Made by a program: the position numbers and the translations under genes
The notes under the pieces: model-generated
The model's database searches: none
What the model was told of the DNA's origin: nothing
What the model saw: only the letters and a program-made list of their open reading frames with translations
NCBI GenBank assembly: GCA_040004225.1
Contig: JBDUBI010000087.1
Location: forward strand, 1-40,775
Source: Acidobacteriota bacterium
GTDB lineage: Bacteria > Acidobacteriota > Thermoanaerobaculia > UBA5066 > Gp7-AA6
Length of the DNA stretch: 40,775 bases
Direction: 5' to 3'
Shown: piece after piece, positions 9,073 through 19,242 of the stretch
Layout: each line of letters opens with the position of its first letter
Position numbering within the stretch: the first letter of the stretch is position 1

Positions 9073-10722
9073 TCAGGACGTCTCGTTGCGATTGAGGATT
9101 TCGTTCAAGCGCTCCCCGAGTCTCGTCAGGCCGCGCGCGACGTCCTCTCCGAGAGAGAACTCGATGGCCCGCCGCCCCCGCTTTTTCAGCGCGCCCAGGT
9201 CCCCGGCCGCCTGCGCCTGAATCACGCGGGCAAATCCCCAGGCCCTGCCCGGAATCGCCACGTCTTCGGCGCTCTCCGCGGTGAGCTGAAGGAAGACACC
9301 CGTGTCCGGCCCTCCCTTGTGGAGCTGACCGGTCGAGTGAAGGAACCGGGGGCCGAACCCCGCCGTCGTCGCCACGCGTTTGGCTTCGCGCACGCGGAGT
9401 CGCAGCCGGTTCAAGGCAGCCTCGTTCTCCGCCGTCGCAGGGACGTAGGCCATGATCGAGAAATAATCTCCGGCGTGAACGGACGCGAGGAGCTCGTCGA
9501 GAGCAGCGGAGTCCCGCTGGTCCGCGGGGAGAGGCTCGTTCCCTTCCGTGCCGGCGTCGCCGGCAAGGATGCCGTTGGTGCCGTCTTTGGCTTCCTGCAC
9601 GTTCGGCTGGTCGAAGGGATTGATCGCCAGCAGCTTTCCGGCGACGGCGGTGGCGAACTCCCAGCGAAACATCTCGGCCCCGAGGTCGAGCGCGTCCTCG
9701 ACCTGGAATCGGGCCACCGGGTGCCCGGCCGCCACCAGCGGCCCGAGCCGCGCGTCATGCTCCATCTCACGGTCGGCGGTCGCGATCGAGACGAAGAACC
9801 GGTCGTTTCCGTAGACGTCCGGCGGGCCCGGAGTCTCCCCTTCGACTGGGAGAATTCCCTTTCCCTCTTTTCCGGTGCTTTCGGCCACGAGCTGCTCGAT
9901 CCACATCCCGAAGCGCGGGATGGGCGCCCCGACGTCGAACGTGAGCTTGTCCCGGCCCGAAAGAGCGAGGACTCCCATCGCGGCGCCGAGCACGAGTCCC
10001 GGGTTCTCGTCGCCCGCGTTCCGGCAGGACTGCGCCATCACCCGGGCACGCCGGAGAAGCTCCGCGACGTCGATCCCCGCCAGCGCCGCCGGAACGATCC
10101 CGAAGTTCGACAGAGCCGAGTACCGGCCGCCAATCGTCGGGTCTCCCGGAAAAATGCGCCGGACCCGGCGGCGTCCGGCCTCCTTTTCGAGCGCGGATCC
10201 GGGGTCCGTGATCACGAGGAAGCGGTTTCCCGCGGCGTCGCCGAGAGCTTCCCGCGCGGCCTCGTAGAAGTAGTCGAAAAAGATGTTGGGCTCGAGCGTC
10301 GAACCGGATTTGGATGAGACGACGAAAAGCGTCCGATCCGGCGGGGCGCCGCGCGCGGTTTCCAGGACGGCCGCGGGAGAAGTCGAGTCGAGGACTTCGA
10401 GAACCGGGAACCCCGAGCGGCGCGGAAAGGAATCGGAGAAGACGAGGGGGGCGAGGCTCGAACCTCCCATCCCGAGCACGACGACCCGGTCCGCGTCTCG
10501 GGCGCAAGAGGCCGCGAATTCCTGAAGCTCTGGCGCGCCCTTCTCCATGCGATCGGCGATCGTCAGCCATCCGAGCGCGCTCTCGATCGTCTTCCGATTG
10601 GAGGGATCGTCCTTCCACAGGGACGCGTCACCCGCCCAGATCCGCTCTACGGCGCGCTCCCGGGCCAGCCTTCGGAGCGCCTCCTGGTGCGCGTCGCCGG
10701 CCCCCGCGAGCTCGAGCTTCAA
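9073..10722 (-). CDS. pgi: Glucose-6-phosphate isomerase of the type usually fused to transaldolase
   Basis: Motifs GMGGS, SKSGSTLE, GGRYS, QLVAESTGK, NPFDQPNVQEAK and HSTGQLHKGG. TTG start at 10722 overlaps the tal TGA. Confidence 0.9.
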   Translation of the reverse strand: MKLELAGAGDAHQEALRRLARERAVERIWAGDASLWKDDPSNRKTIESALGWLTIADRMEKGAPELQEFAASCARDADRVVVLGMGGSSLAPLVFSDSFPRRSGFPVLEVLDSTSPAAVLETARGAPPDRTLFVVSSKSGSTLEPNIFFDYFYEAAREALGDAAGNRFLVITDPGSALEKEAGRRRVRRIFPGDPTIGGRYSALSNFGIVPAALAGIDVAELLRRARVMAQSCRNAGDENPGLVLGAAMGVLALSGRDKLTFDVGAPIPRFGMWIEQLVAESTGKEGKGILPVEGETPGPPDVYGNDRFFVSIATADREMEHDARLGPLVAAGHPVARFQVEDALDLGAEMFRWEFATAVAGKLLAINPFDQPNVQEAKDGTNGILAGDAGTEGNEPLPADQRDSAALDELLASVHAGDYFSIMAYVPATAENEAALNRLRLRVREAKRVATTAGFGPRFLHSTGQLHKGGPDTGVFLQLTAESAEDVAIPGRAWGFARVIQAQAAGDLGALKKRGRRAIEFSLGEDVARGLTRLGERLNEILNRNETS

Positions 10723-11855
10723 CGCGCCCCCACGGCCTGCTGCTTTTCCCCGAGCGTCTTCATGAGCGAATCGTAGGAGTCGGAGAACTTGCGCACCCCC
10801 TCCTCTTCGAGCTCCCGGAAGATCAATTTGTCGTCGATGCCAAGCTCCGTCAGGCCCCGAAATGCGGCGTGAGCTTCCTGCAGGTCCTCGTGAATGCGGA
10901 CCTTCGGATCCCCATGGTCGCGGTAGGCCTCCAGGGTCTCGGGGGGCATCGTATCGACGGTGTCGGGTGCGATCAGGGCCTCGACGTAATAGAGGTCCGG
11001 GAGGGCCGGGTCCTTGGTGGAGGTCGAGGCCCAGAGCGGCTTCTGGCGCGTTACGCCCTTCTTGGCCAGCATCGCGAAGCGGGATCCGCCGAAGATCTCC
11101 TCGAAAGCCTGGAACGCGATGCGCGCGTTGGCGATCCCGAGCCTGGAGCGGAGGTCCTTCGCCAGCGAGCGCTCTCGGTCCGTCGACGCGACTTTCGCGC
11201 GCGCGTCGAGCTTCTTGTCCGCGAGAGTGTCGACGCGGCTCACGAAGAAGCTCGCGACGGAGCGCACCCGATCGACCGGCTGTCCCGCGGCCGCTCTCGC
11301 CTCCATGCCCGCCAGATACGCTTCCATCACCTCGCGGTACCGCTCGACGGAGAAGAGAAGCGTGATGTTGATGTTGATCCCTTCTTCCAGGCATTGCCGG
11401 ATGGCGGGCACGCATTCCTTCGTCCCGGGGATCTTGACCATCACGTTCGGACGGTCGCAGGAGGTCCAGAGCCGCCGCGCTTCGTCCACGGTTCCCTGCA
11501 TGTCGAGCGCCAGGTGCGGTCCGACTTCGATCGACACGAACCCGTCGTCGCCACCCGTGCGGTCGAAAACAGGGCGGAAGAGGTCGGCGGCGCGCTGCAC
11601 GTCCTGCACTTCGAGGCCTTCAAACACGCGGTAGGTGTCCTTTCCCTCTCCCGCCAGGCGCCGCAAGTCTTCGTCGTACAACTCGCTGTCCGCGATCGCC
11701 TTCTGGAAGATCGTCGGATTGGAGGTCATGCCCGTCAAGCCGTCCTCCCGGATCATCTTTTCCAGGCGGCCGCTCGTGAACAGATCCCGGCGGATGTAGT
11801 CGTACCAGATGCTCTGGCCGAGCGCGTTCAAGCGCTGAAGCGGATTTGCGGTCAT
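10719..11855 (-). CDS. tal: Transaldolase (long, actinobacterial-like type)
   Basis: Motifs GQSIWYD, TSNPTIF, NVMVKIPGT, NITLLFS, ASFFVSRVD and LWAST; ATG 11855 overlaps the rpiB stop. Confidence 0.95.
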   Translation of the reverse strand: MTANPLQRLNALGQSIWYDYIRRDLFTSGRLEKMIREDGLTGMTSNPTIFQKAIADSELYDEDLRRLAGEGKDTYRVFEGLEVQDVQRAADLFRPVFDRTGGDDGFVSIEVGPHLALDMQGTVDEARRLWTSCDRPNVMVKIPGTKECVPAIRQCLEEGININITLLFSVERYREVMEAYLAGMEARAAAGQPVDRVRSVASFFVSRVDTLADKKLDARAKVASTDRERSLAKDLRSRLGIANARIAFQAFEEIFGGSRFAMLAKKGVTRQKPLWASTSTKDPALPDLYYVEALIAPDTVDTMPPETLEAYRDHGDPKVRIHEDLQEAHAAFRGLTELGIDDKLIFRELEEEGVRKFSDSYDSLMKTLGEKQQAVGAR

Positions 11856-12331
11856 GAGACTTCCCCCTGGTCGAAGATACCCCTGCGGGCATCGGACTCG
11901 ATCTGATTGACTTTGCGAAGGCGGCGGACATGCCGCTCCGCTCCTGAAAACCGGGCCCCGAGGTAGGCACGCAGGACCTCTCCCGCGAGGGACGGACCGA
12001 TCACGCGCGCTCCGAGACAGATCACGTTCATGTCGTCGTCCTCGACGCCCTGCCGCGCCGAGAACGTGTCGTGACACAGCGCCGAGCGAATGCCGGGAAC
12101 CTTGGTCGCGGCGACGGACGCGCCGACCCCGCTGCCGCACACGACGATCCCGCGGTCGGATTGACCGCTGGCGACGGAAACCGCGACGGCCCGGGCAAAG
12201 TCCGGGTAATCCACCGGCTCCGTGCTGTCCGTCCCGAAATCGAGCGGCTCGTGTCCGGCCTCTCGAACGAAGCGGAGGACCTCGGACTTGAGAGGGAAGC
12301 CGGCGTGATCGAAACCGACCGCCACCTTCAC
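11852..12331 (-). CDS. rpiB: Ribose-5-phosphate isomerase B
   Basis: Motifs DHAG, DYPD, CGSGVG and RHVRR; GTG 12331 overlaps the tkt TGA. Confidence 0.93.
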   Translation of the reverse strand: MKVAVGFDHAGFPLKSEVLRFVREAGHEPLDFGTDSTEPVDYPDFARAVAVSVASGQSDRGIVVCGSGVGASVAATKVPGIRSALCHDTFSARQGVEDDDMNVICLGARVIGPSLAGEVLRAYLGARFSGAERHVRRLRKVNQIESDARRGIFDQGEVS

Positions 12332-14340
12332 GCGAAGAGCGCCTTCGCCTTTTTGACCACGTTCTCGACCGAGAAGCCGAGCTCCCGCAGGACGACTTCT
12401 CCGGGTGCCGACGCCCCGTAACGGTCGATCGTGACGGTATCGCCGCGATCCCCGACCCATCGGTGCCATCCAAACGACGTCCCCGCTTCAATGCCGAGCC
12501 GGGCGCCGATCGACCTCGGAAGGACCTCCTCGCGGTAGGCCGGGTCCTGCTCCAGGAAAATCTCCCACGACGGCATGGAGACGACCCGCGTCGACACGCC
12601 CTCGGTCTCGAGCTTTTCACGCGATGCGAGCGCGAGCGCCACCTCGGATCCGGTGGCGATCAGGATCAGCCGGGGCGGTTTCGCGGACCCTTCGGCGAGG
12701 ACGTACGCGCCCCGCGCGAGCCCCGAGGCCGGAGCGAACTTCGTCCGGTCGATGACGGGGAGCTTCTGGCGGCAGAGCACGAGACCGACGGGACCCCGCG
12801 TGCGTCCCATGATCACCCGCCAGGCTTCCACCGCTTCGTTGGCGTCTCCCGGACGGAGGATCGTCATTTTCGGCATGGCCCGAAGCGAGGCGAGATGCTC
12901 GACCGGCTGGTGGGTCGGGCCATCCTCTCCGAGGCCAATGGAATCGTGCGTCCACACGAAGATGTCCGGCAGTTCGTTCAACGCCGCCAGACGCACGGCC
13001 GGCCGCATGTAGTCGGAAAAGCAGAAAAACGTCGCCACGAAGGGCCGCAGCCCGCCGTGGTACGAGATCCCATTCGCAATCGCGCCCATCGCGTGCTCGC
13101 GCACCCCGAAGTGCAGATTGCGGCCCGTGCCGGTGCCCGCTTCGAAGCTCGCAAATTTCTTCAACGTGGTATTCGTCGAAGTCCCGAGGTCCGCGTCGCC
13201 GCCGATCAGCCATGGAACCGTATCGGCTATCGCGTTCATGGCCTTTCCGGCCGCGGTGCGCGTCGCCTCCTTCTCGCCGGCCGCAAACACGGGAAGGTTG
13301 GCGTCCCAGCCCTCCGGAAGCTCCCCCGCCATCCAGCGCTTCCATTCCGCCGCGAGGTCCGGATACTTCGCGCCGTACTTCTCGAAGCGCTCCTGCCAGT
13401 CGGCCCGGGCTGCCGCGCCTCGCGTGACCGCCTCCCGGAAATGGGAGAGGGATTCCGAGGGTACGAAGAACGGCTCCTCGGAGACCCAGCCGAGCGCCTT
13501 CTTCGTCCGGGCGACTTCTTCGACGCCGAGGGGGCTGCCGTGCGCTTCGCTGGTGCCTCCCTTGTTCGGCGAACCGTACCCGAGGGTCGTCTTGATGATC
13601 ACGAGCGAGGGCCGGCTCACCTCGGCGATCGCGGCTCCGAGCGCGTTGTCGATCGCGTCGAGGTCGGTGTTTCCGTTGGCGACGTGAAGCACCTGCCACC
13701 CGAAGGCCTCGTACCGCCGGCCGACGTCCTCGGTGAAAGTGACGGACGTCGGTCCGTCCAGCGTCACCTGGTTGGAGTCGTAGAGGTACACGAGTTTGCC
13801 GAGTCCGAGGTGGCCCGCCAGAGAGGACGCTTCGCCGGAGATCCCTTCCATCAGATCTCCGTCGGAGACCAGGGCAAACGTCCGATGATTGACGATCTCG
13901 TGCTCCGGCCGGTTGAAATGCGACGCCAGCATCCTCTCCGCGATCGCCATTCCCACGGCGTTCGCCGTCCCCTGTCCGAGCGGTCCGGTCGTGGCTTCGA
14001 CCCCGGGCGTATCGAGATACTCGGGATGCCCCGGCGTCCTGCTCCCCCACTGGCGAAAGTTTTTCAGGTCCTCGAGCGACAGGTCGTATCCCGTCAGGTG
14101 GAGCAGGCAATAGAGAAGCATGCACCCATGGCCCGCGGAAAGGACGAACCGGTCGCGGTCGGGCCACCTGGGGTCCTTCGGGTCGTGCTTCAAGTAGTTC
14201 TGCCAGAGCACGTAGGCCATCGGCGCGGCGCCGAGAGGCAGGCCCGGATGCCCGGATTCCGCCTTCTGGACCGCGTCTATGGCGAGTGTGCGGATCGTGT
14301 CGACACAGAGTGCGTCGACCGACTTTTCTACGGTGGCCAA
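12328..14340 (-). CDS. tkt: Transketolase
   Basis: Motifs [37 protein letters not shown] and [16 protein letters not shown]; TTG start at 14340 after AGAGG. Confidence 0.97.
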   Translation of the reverse strand: MATVEKSVDALCVDTIRTLAIDAVQKAESGHPGLPLGAAPMAYVLWQNYLKHDPKDPRWPDRDRFVLSAGHGCMLLYCLLHLTGYDLSLEDLKNFRQWGSRTPGHPEYLDTPGVEATTGPLGQGTANAVGMAIAERMLASHFNRPEHEIVNHRTFALVSDGDLMEGISGEASSLAGHLGLGKLVYLYDSNQVTLDGPTSVTFTEDVGRRYEAFGWQVLHVANGNTDLDAIDNALGAAIAEVSRPSLVIIKTTLGYGSPNKGGTSEAHGSPLGVEEVARTKKALGWVSEEPFFVPSESLSHFREAVTRGAAARADWQERFEKYGAKYPDLAAEWKRWMAGELPEGWDANLPVFAAGEKEATRTAAGKAMNAIADTVPWLIGGDADLGTSTNTTLKKFASFEAGTGTGRNLHFGVREHAMGAIANGISYHGGLRPFVATFFCFSDYMRPAVRLAALNELPDIFVWTHDSIGLGEDGPTHQPVEHLASLRAMPKMTILRPGDANEAVEAWRVIMGRTRGPVGLVLCRQKLPVIDRTKFAPASGLARGAYVLAEGSAKPPRLILIATGSEVALALASREKLETEGVSTRVVSMPSWEIFLEQDPAYREEVLPRSIGARLGIEAGTSFGWHRWVGDRGDTVTIDRYGASAPGEVVLRELGFSVENVVKKAKALFA

Positions 14341-14539
14341 GGAGTCGCCTCTCTTTCGCGGCGGACGGCGGACTTTGAGGGCCGGGTGCCGCCCGAGCCC
14401 GATCCGTTTCAAATCTTATTACGGGCATGGAGGGGACACAGATTCCCGACGACGCTCCGGAACCCCTTTCGGGAACGGGGACTGAAATCGCCGGGATTCC
14501 GGGGTATCGCAGAGTCTTCCGGCGGTCCGGGCTTCCCCG

Positions 14540-16633
14540 TTGGACCCGTCTCTGAGAGAGAATCTGGTCGTGGCTTCGCGGCTCGCAGTTCAGAACGCCG
14601 GCGGATCCGGCTCTCCGCCCCGGCTCGTCTGGACGGCAGCGGCGCTGCAGGACCGCGAACGGCGCCTCGCGCTCGAATGGCTGGAGACGGACGGTCTCGG
14701 CGGCTATGCGTGCGGGACGATTGCGGGCGCCCGGACCCGGCGCGAGCACGGCTGGTATGTCCCGGCGATTCCCCCTCCCCGGCGGCGGTGGCTTTTCGTG
14801 GCCGGGTGCGAGGAGATCGTCACCGCGTCCGGGAGCGAGACCGGGATCTCGACCCAGATCTATCGGGACGCGGTGCACCCGGAGGGAGACCGCCACTTAA
14901 CGGAGTTCGCGCTGGATCCGTTTCCCGAATGGACGTACGAAACCGGAGACTTCTGTCTTCAGCGGACGCTGTGCCTGGTTCGGGACCGTTCGATCACGAT
15001 CGTCCGATATCGCAATACGGGGGATGGCCCGGTAGAGCTTTCGGTGAGGCCTCTCCTTCGATTTCACAGCGCGCACGAGCTTCGCTCGGAGCAGGACGAG
15101 ATCGACTCGACCACCGAAATCCGCGGAGAGGTGTCGTGGGTCAGGCCCGCGGCCTTTCTTCCGCGCCTCTATATGCGGGCGGTCGGTTCCGAGACGGCGG
15201 CCGAGGCCCTCTGGTACCGCTCGTTCTTCTATCCCCGCGACGCGGAGAAAGGGCTCGACGCGTCCGAAGATCTCTGGAGTCCGCTCCGCTGGACGTGGAC
15301 CCTGGAGCCGCGGGCCGAGGCCTGGGTCCTCTTTTCCCGGGAGGAGGTGGCGAGCGATCCGCGGCATCTCCTCGAGGCGGAGAGACGGCGCCGGGCCGCC
15401 TTTCCCCGCTCCGGAGACCTGCTCTTCGACGAGATCGCGCGGCGGGCCGAGACTTTCTTGGTCGACGGCGACGACCGGGAGGCCTCCATCATCGCAGGCT
15501 TCCCCGAGCTCGCCGATCACGGGCGCGATGCGATGATCTCCGCCCCCGGCCTCGCTCTCGCCACGGGCCGGTTTGGCGCGGCCGCCCGCGTCGTGAACTC
15601 ATTTGCCGCGATGCGGCGGGACGGATTGATCCCCGCCCGTTTCGCGAGCGAAGAGGGCCGGCCGGACTACGCCTCGGCGGACGCCCCGCTGTGGCTGGTC
15701 CTGGCCGTCGAGTGGTTCGGCCGCTGGCGCCGGAACCCGACCCGCCCGTCCCCCCTTCTCGGCATGGTCCGCTCGGTCCTCGAGGCATACCAGACGGGGA
15801 CGCGGTTCGGGATCGGAGTCGCCGCCGACGGGCTCCTGGAGATCGGGGGCGCTCCCGGGCGGGCGCTCACCTGGATGGACGCCACCGTCGACGGAGAGCC
15901 CGTGACACCCCGGCGCGGAAGGCCGGTTGAGCTGCAGGCTCTCTGGCATGCCGCATTGAAATCCGCTGCCCGGCTGGAGCGCCTCGCCGGCGAGCCCGGG
16001 CGCGCCCGCGATCTCGAGACCTCCGCCTGGAAAGTGGCCCGCCGGTTCAATGAGACGTTCTGGTCGCCGGAAACGGAGTCGCTGTACGACGTGATCGACG
16101 AGAACGGTCCGGACGCGACCCTGCGCCCGAATCAGATCTTTGCCGTGTCTCTTTCGGACGATCTGCTGCCCCCTCACCGCGCCCGGGCCGTTTACGTGGC
16201 CGTGCGCGACCGGCTCCTGACGCCGTTCGGGCTTCGTACCCTGGATCCGGCCGACCCGCGATACCGCGGCAGCGGCGGAGGCGACGAGCGAGAGTCCGAG
16301 CGCGCGGCCCACCAGGGCTCCGTCTGGCCGTGGCTGACCGGCGCGTTCGCCGACGCGCATTTCCGAGTCCTCGGACGCAACAAAGAGTCCCTCCGCACGT
16401 TTCGTCTGTGGTTGGCGCCGCTGCGCGCGTACGTGCGGGATGCGGGCCTCGGCTCGATCCCCCAGCGCTTCGACGGAGATGCTCCGCACTGGCCGCGCGG
16501 ATCGCGAGCCTGTGCCGCCAGTGTCGCGGAGGTTTCGCGCGCGCTCGTGCTTCACCTGCGCGACGACCTCGCGCCTCCCCGGGAAGCTCCGGACAGGCCG
16601 CAAGCGGAGGGCTCCCTCGTCACACCCCCCTGA
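14540..16633 (+). CDS. Amylo-alpha-1,6-glucosidase / glycogen debranching enzyme homolog (GH133-like) with atypical active-site motifs; start uncertain
   Basis: N-domain motif EWLETDGLGGY..TRREHG, plus GRDAMIS, LTWMDA, RPNQIFA, TPFGLRTL and HQGSVWPWL. Confidence 0.88.
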   Translation: MDPSLRENLVVASRLAVQNAGGSGSPPRLVWTAAALQDRERRLALEWLETDGLGGYACGTIAGARTRREHGWYVPAIPPPRRRWLFVAGCEEIVTASGSETGISTQIYRDAVHPEGDRHLTEFALDPFPEWTYETGDFCLQRTLCLVRDRSITIVRYRNTGDGPVELSVRPLLRFHSAHELRSEQDEIDSTTEIRGEVSWVRPAAFLPRLYMRAVGSETAAEALWYRSFFYPRDAEKGLDASEDLWSPLRWTWTLEPRAEAWVLFSREEVASDPRHLLEAERRRRAAFPRSGDLLFDEIARRAETFLVDGDDREASIIAGFPELADHGRDAMISAPGLALATGRFGAAARVVNSFAAMRRDGLIPARFASEEGRPDYASADAPLWLVLAVEWFGRWRRNPTRPSPLLGMVRSVLEAYQTGTRFGIGVAADGLLEIGGAPGRALTWMDATVDGEPVTPRRGRPVELQALWHAALKSAARLERLAGEPGRARDLETSAWKVARRFNETFWSPETESLYDVIDENGPDATLRPNQIFAVSLSDDLLPPHRARAVYVAVRDRLLTPFGLRTLDPADPRYRGSGGGDERESERAAHQGSVWPWLTGAFADAHFRVLGRNKESLRTFRLWLAPLRAYVRDAGLGSIPQRFDGDAPHWPRGSRACAASVAEVSRALVLHLRDDLAPPREAPDRPQAEGSLVTPP

Positions 16634-16645
16634 TACCTTCTCCCC

Positions 16646-17893
16646 GTGCGAGTTCTCATGTTCGGGTGGGAGTTTCCGCCTCACGTCACGGGCGGGCTCG
16701 GTGTCGCCTCGGCGGGATTGGTCGGCGGACTGCTCGAAATGGGGACCGAGGTCGTCCTCGTGCTTCCGCACCACCCGTTCCCGGCCGATCATCCGCTCCT
16801 CTCGATCGTCGATTCGGGGGCGACGGTCGGCTCGGAGGACAAACCGCACCGCGAGAACTTTCTCCTCCGGCTGCGCCGCATACCGAGCCTGCTTCGCCCG
16901 TACCTCACGGAGGCGGCCTACCAGGAGACTCTGATGGCCGCCCGCGAGACGGGGTCGACCTTCCGGGGTCATTACGGTCCCGACCTCGCCGCGGAAGTCC
17001 TCCGGTACGCAGAGGCGGCCGGGCGCATCGCCCGCCGTGAGCGGTTCGACGTCATCCACGCCCACGACTGGCTCACGTACCTCGCGGGGATGGAGGCGCG
17101 GCGTGCCTCCGGCAAGCCTCTCGCCGTGCACGTGCATGCCACGGAATTCGACCGCTCCGCGACGGGCGGGGACGCCTTCGTCCGCGGCACGGAGCGCCTC
17201 GGCGTCACGACGGCGGATCGGGTCATCGCGGTCTCCCGTTACACGGCGGACATCGTGGCGGAGCGTTACGGAGTGCCCCGGGAGCGCCTCCGGGTCGTTC
17301 ACAACGCGATCGATGCCCGCGAGGGCGTCGGGACGTGGGAGGTTGGAGAGCAAGACCCCCTCGTTCTGTTCGCGGGCCGGATCACGTGGCAGAAGGGTCC
17401 CCGGTTCTTCGTGGACGCCGCGGCCCTCGTGGCTCGCGAGATCCCGAACGTGCGGTTCGCCGTTGCGGGCTCCGGCGACCGCCTGCGGCCGATGATGAAA
17501 TCAGTGACGGCGCTCGGGCTCGAGCGCCATTTTCTCTTCACCGGGTTCCTTCCTCCGGCAGAGCTCGATCGGCTCTATGCGCGCGCGAACGTCTACGTCC
17601 TGCCATCCGTGTCGGAGCCGTTCGGGCTGACGGCTCTCGAGGCCCTCCGGCACGGCACCCCCGTCATCGTGTCCCGGAACGCGGGCGTTTCCGAAGTGGT
17701 GCGAAACGTCCTGAGGGTCGACTTCGGCGACACGAACGACCTCGCCTCGAAGATCCTGTCCGTCCTCCTGTTCCGCCCGCTTTCCGACGCGCTCGGCACG
17801 GAGGGACGGATCGAGGTCAGCCGGCTCTCCTGGAAAGACGCCGCAGCGAAGTGTGTGGATGTTTATAGAGAGATGGTGGAGGAAGAGCGCTAG
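16646..17893 (+). CDS. Family 4 glycosyltransferase (alpha-glucan synthase-like)
   Basis: Motifs MFGWEFPP..GGLG, HAHDWLT, HVHATEFDR, GRITWQKGP and SEPFGLTALEA. Confidence 0.92.
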   Translation: MRVLMFGWEFPPHVTGGLGVASAGLVGGLLEMGTEVVLVLPHHPFPADHPLLSIVDSGATVGSEDKPHRENFLLRLRRIPSLLRPYLTEAAYQETLMAARETGSTFRGHYGPDLAAEVLRYAEAAGRIARRERFDVIHAHDWLTYLAGMEARRASGKPLAVHVHATEFDRSATGGDAFVRGTERLGVTTADRVIAVSRYTADIVAERYGVPRERLRVVHNAIDAREGVGTWEVGEQDPLVLFAGRITWQKGPRFFVDAAALVAREIPNVRFAVAGSGDRLRPMMKSVTALGLERHFLFTGFLPPAELDRLYARANVYVLPSVSEPFGLTALEALRHGTPVIVSRNAGVSEVVRNVLRVDFGDTNDLASKILSVLLFRPLSDALGTEGRIEVSRLSWKDAAAKCVDVYREMVEEER

Positions 17894-17919
17894 GCGTCAG
17901 GCGGCAGGCGGCAGGCGGC
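17892..17919 (+). repeat. Four tandem heptamers AGGCG(G/T)C after the GT4 stop
   Basis: aggcgtc aggcggc aggcggc aggcggc; the complementary ccgcctgtc follows at about 17938-17946. Confidence 0.6.
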
Positions 17920-18027
17920 AGGAAGGTCGACGGGGTTCCGCCTGTCTGTCCCAACCGCCGGCCTGGCTCGAGCGGCACTTCTCCGACCGACCCTCTGATC
18001 TCGCCCCTCCTTTAGAATCTCTCCGCG

Positions 18028-19242
18028 ATGATTCCCGTCTGCCTCTACTTTCAGGTGCACCAGCCCTATCGGCTGCGCCCTTACAACTACTTCGACGTCG
18101 GACGCGAGCACCGCTACTTCGACGAAAACAGGAATCGGGCCCTTCTCGAGCGCGTCGCCGAGAAGTGCTACCTCCCCGCCACGGCCATGCTGCTGCGTCT
18201 TCTCGACCGGCACCCCGCATTCGCCGTTTCCTTCTCCCTCTCGGGGTGTCTCCTCGAGCAGTTCCGGGAGTACGCGCCGCAGGTCCGCGAGGCTTTCCGC
18301 GCCCTGGCCGCGACCGGGCGGGTCGAGTTCCTCGCCGAGACCTCGCACCACTCCCTCTCCTGGCTCACGTCGCGCGCCGAATTCCAGGCACAGATCGACC
18401 TTCACCGCGCCGCGATCGAGGAGGACTTCGGGGTCTCGCCGCGTGTCTTTCGCAACACGGAGCTCATTTACTCCGACGAGCTGGCCGAATATCTCGAGCA
18501 AAAGGGATACGCGGGTGTTTTGGCGGACGGGGTCGAGCCGCTCTTGGGTTCGCTCTCGCCCAATCACCTCTACCGCGCGGCGACGTCCCACGGCCTCCCG
18601 CTTCTTCTTCGCGACTACCGGCTCTCCGACGACATCGCGTTTCGCTTCTCCAACCGGGCGTGGAAAGAGCACCCGCTCACTTCCGAAAAATACGACCGGT
18701 GGGTGAGCGCTCTCACGGGCGACGTGCTCTCGCTTTTCATGGACTTCGAAACGTTCGGCGAACACCAGTGGAAGGAAACGGGCATCTTCCAGTTTTTCGA
18801 ATCGTGGGTTCAACTCGCTCTGTCCCGTCCCGGAGCCCTCTTTCTCTCGCCATCCGCCGCCATTGCCGGACTGCCCGCCCGGGACCGACTTTCGGCGCCG
18901 CGCCTTCTCTCGTGGGCGGATGAAGCGCGAGACCTTTCCGCGTGGCAGGGCAACGAGCTTCAGCGCGACGCCCTGCGGCGCCTCTTTTCTCTGGAGGAAC
19001 GGACCAAAGCGTCGGGATCCGAGCCGGCGTTGCGGGACTTCCGGAGGTTGACGACCTCCGATCACTTCTACTACATGGCGACCAAGTCTTATGGCGACGG
19101 CGAGGTGCATGCGTATTTCTCGCCGTTCGATTCCCCGTACGAGGCCTACATGGCGTTCATGCACGTCGTCTCGGACCTGGAGCAGCGGGTGACTCCGGCT
19201 CGGCGGGCCCCTGCCCGAAATCCGCAGCCCTTCGGCGCCTGA
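18028..19242 (+). CDS. Glycoside hydrolase family 57 (alpha-amylase-like)
   Basis: Motifs FQVHQP, LAETSHHSL (nucleophile Glu), FRNTEL, FMDFETFGEHQ (acid/base Asp) and TTSDHFYYM. Confidence 0.93.
   Translation: MIPVCLYFQVHQPYRLRPYNYFDVGREHRYFDENRNRALLERVAEKCYLPATAMLLRLLDRHPAFAVSFSLSGCLLEQFREYAPQVREAFRALAATGRVEFLAETSHHSLSWLTSRAEFQAQIDLHRAAIEEDFGVSPRVFRNTELIYSDELAEYLEQKGYAGVLADGVEPLLGSLSPNHLYRAATSHGLPLLLRDYRLSDDIAFRFSNRAWKEHPLTSEKYDRWVSALTGDVLSLFMDFETFGEHQWKETGIFQFFESWVQLALSRPGALFLSPSAAIAGLPARDRLSAPRLLSWADEARDLSAWQGNELQRDALRRLFSLEERTKASGSEPALRDFRRLTTSDHFYYMATKSYGDGEVHAYFSPFDSPYEAYMAFMHVVSDLEQRVTPARRAPARNPQPFGA

Noticed and set aside
18942-19241. Apparent N-terminal extensions of gpmI, tal, rpiB, the AlkP-TPR gene and the MlaC-like gene in the ORF track
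   Set aside because: Each has a start codon overlapping the upstream stop, where family similarity or the signal peptide begins; the extensions are open-frame artefacts.
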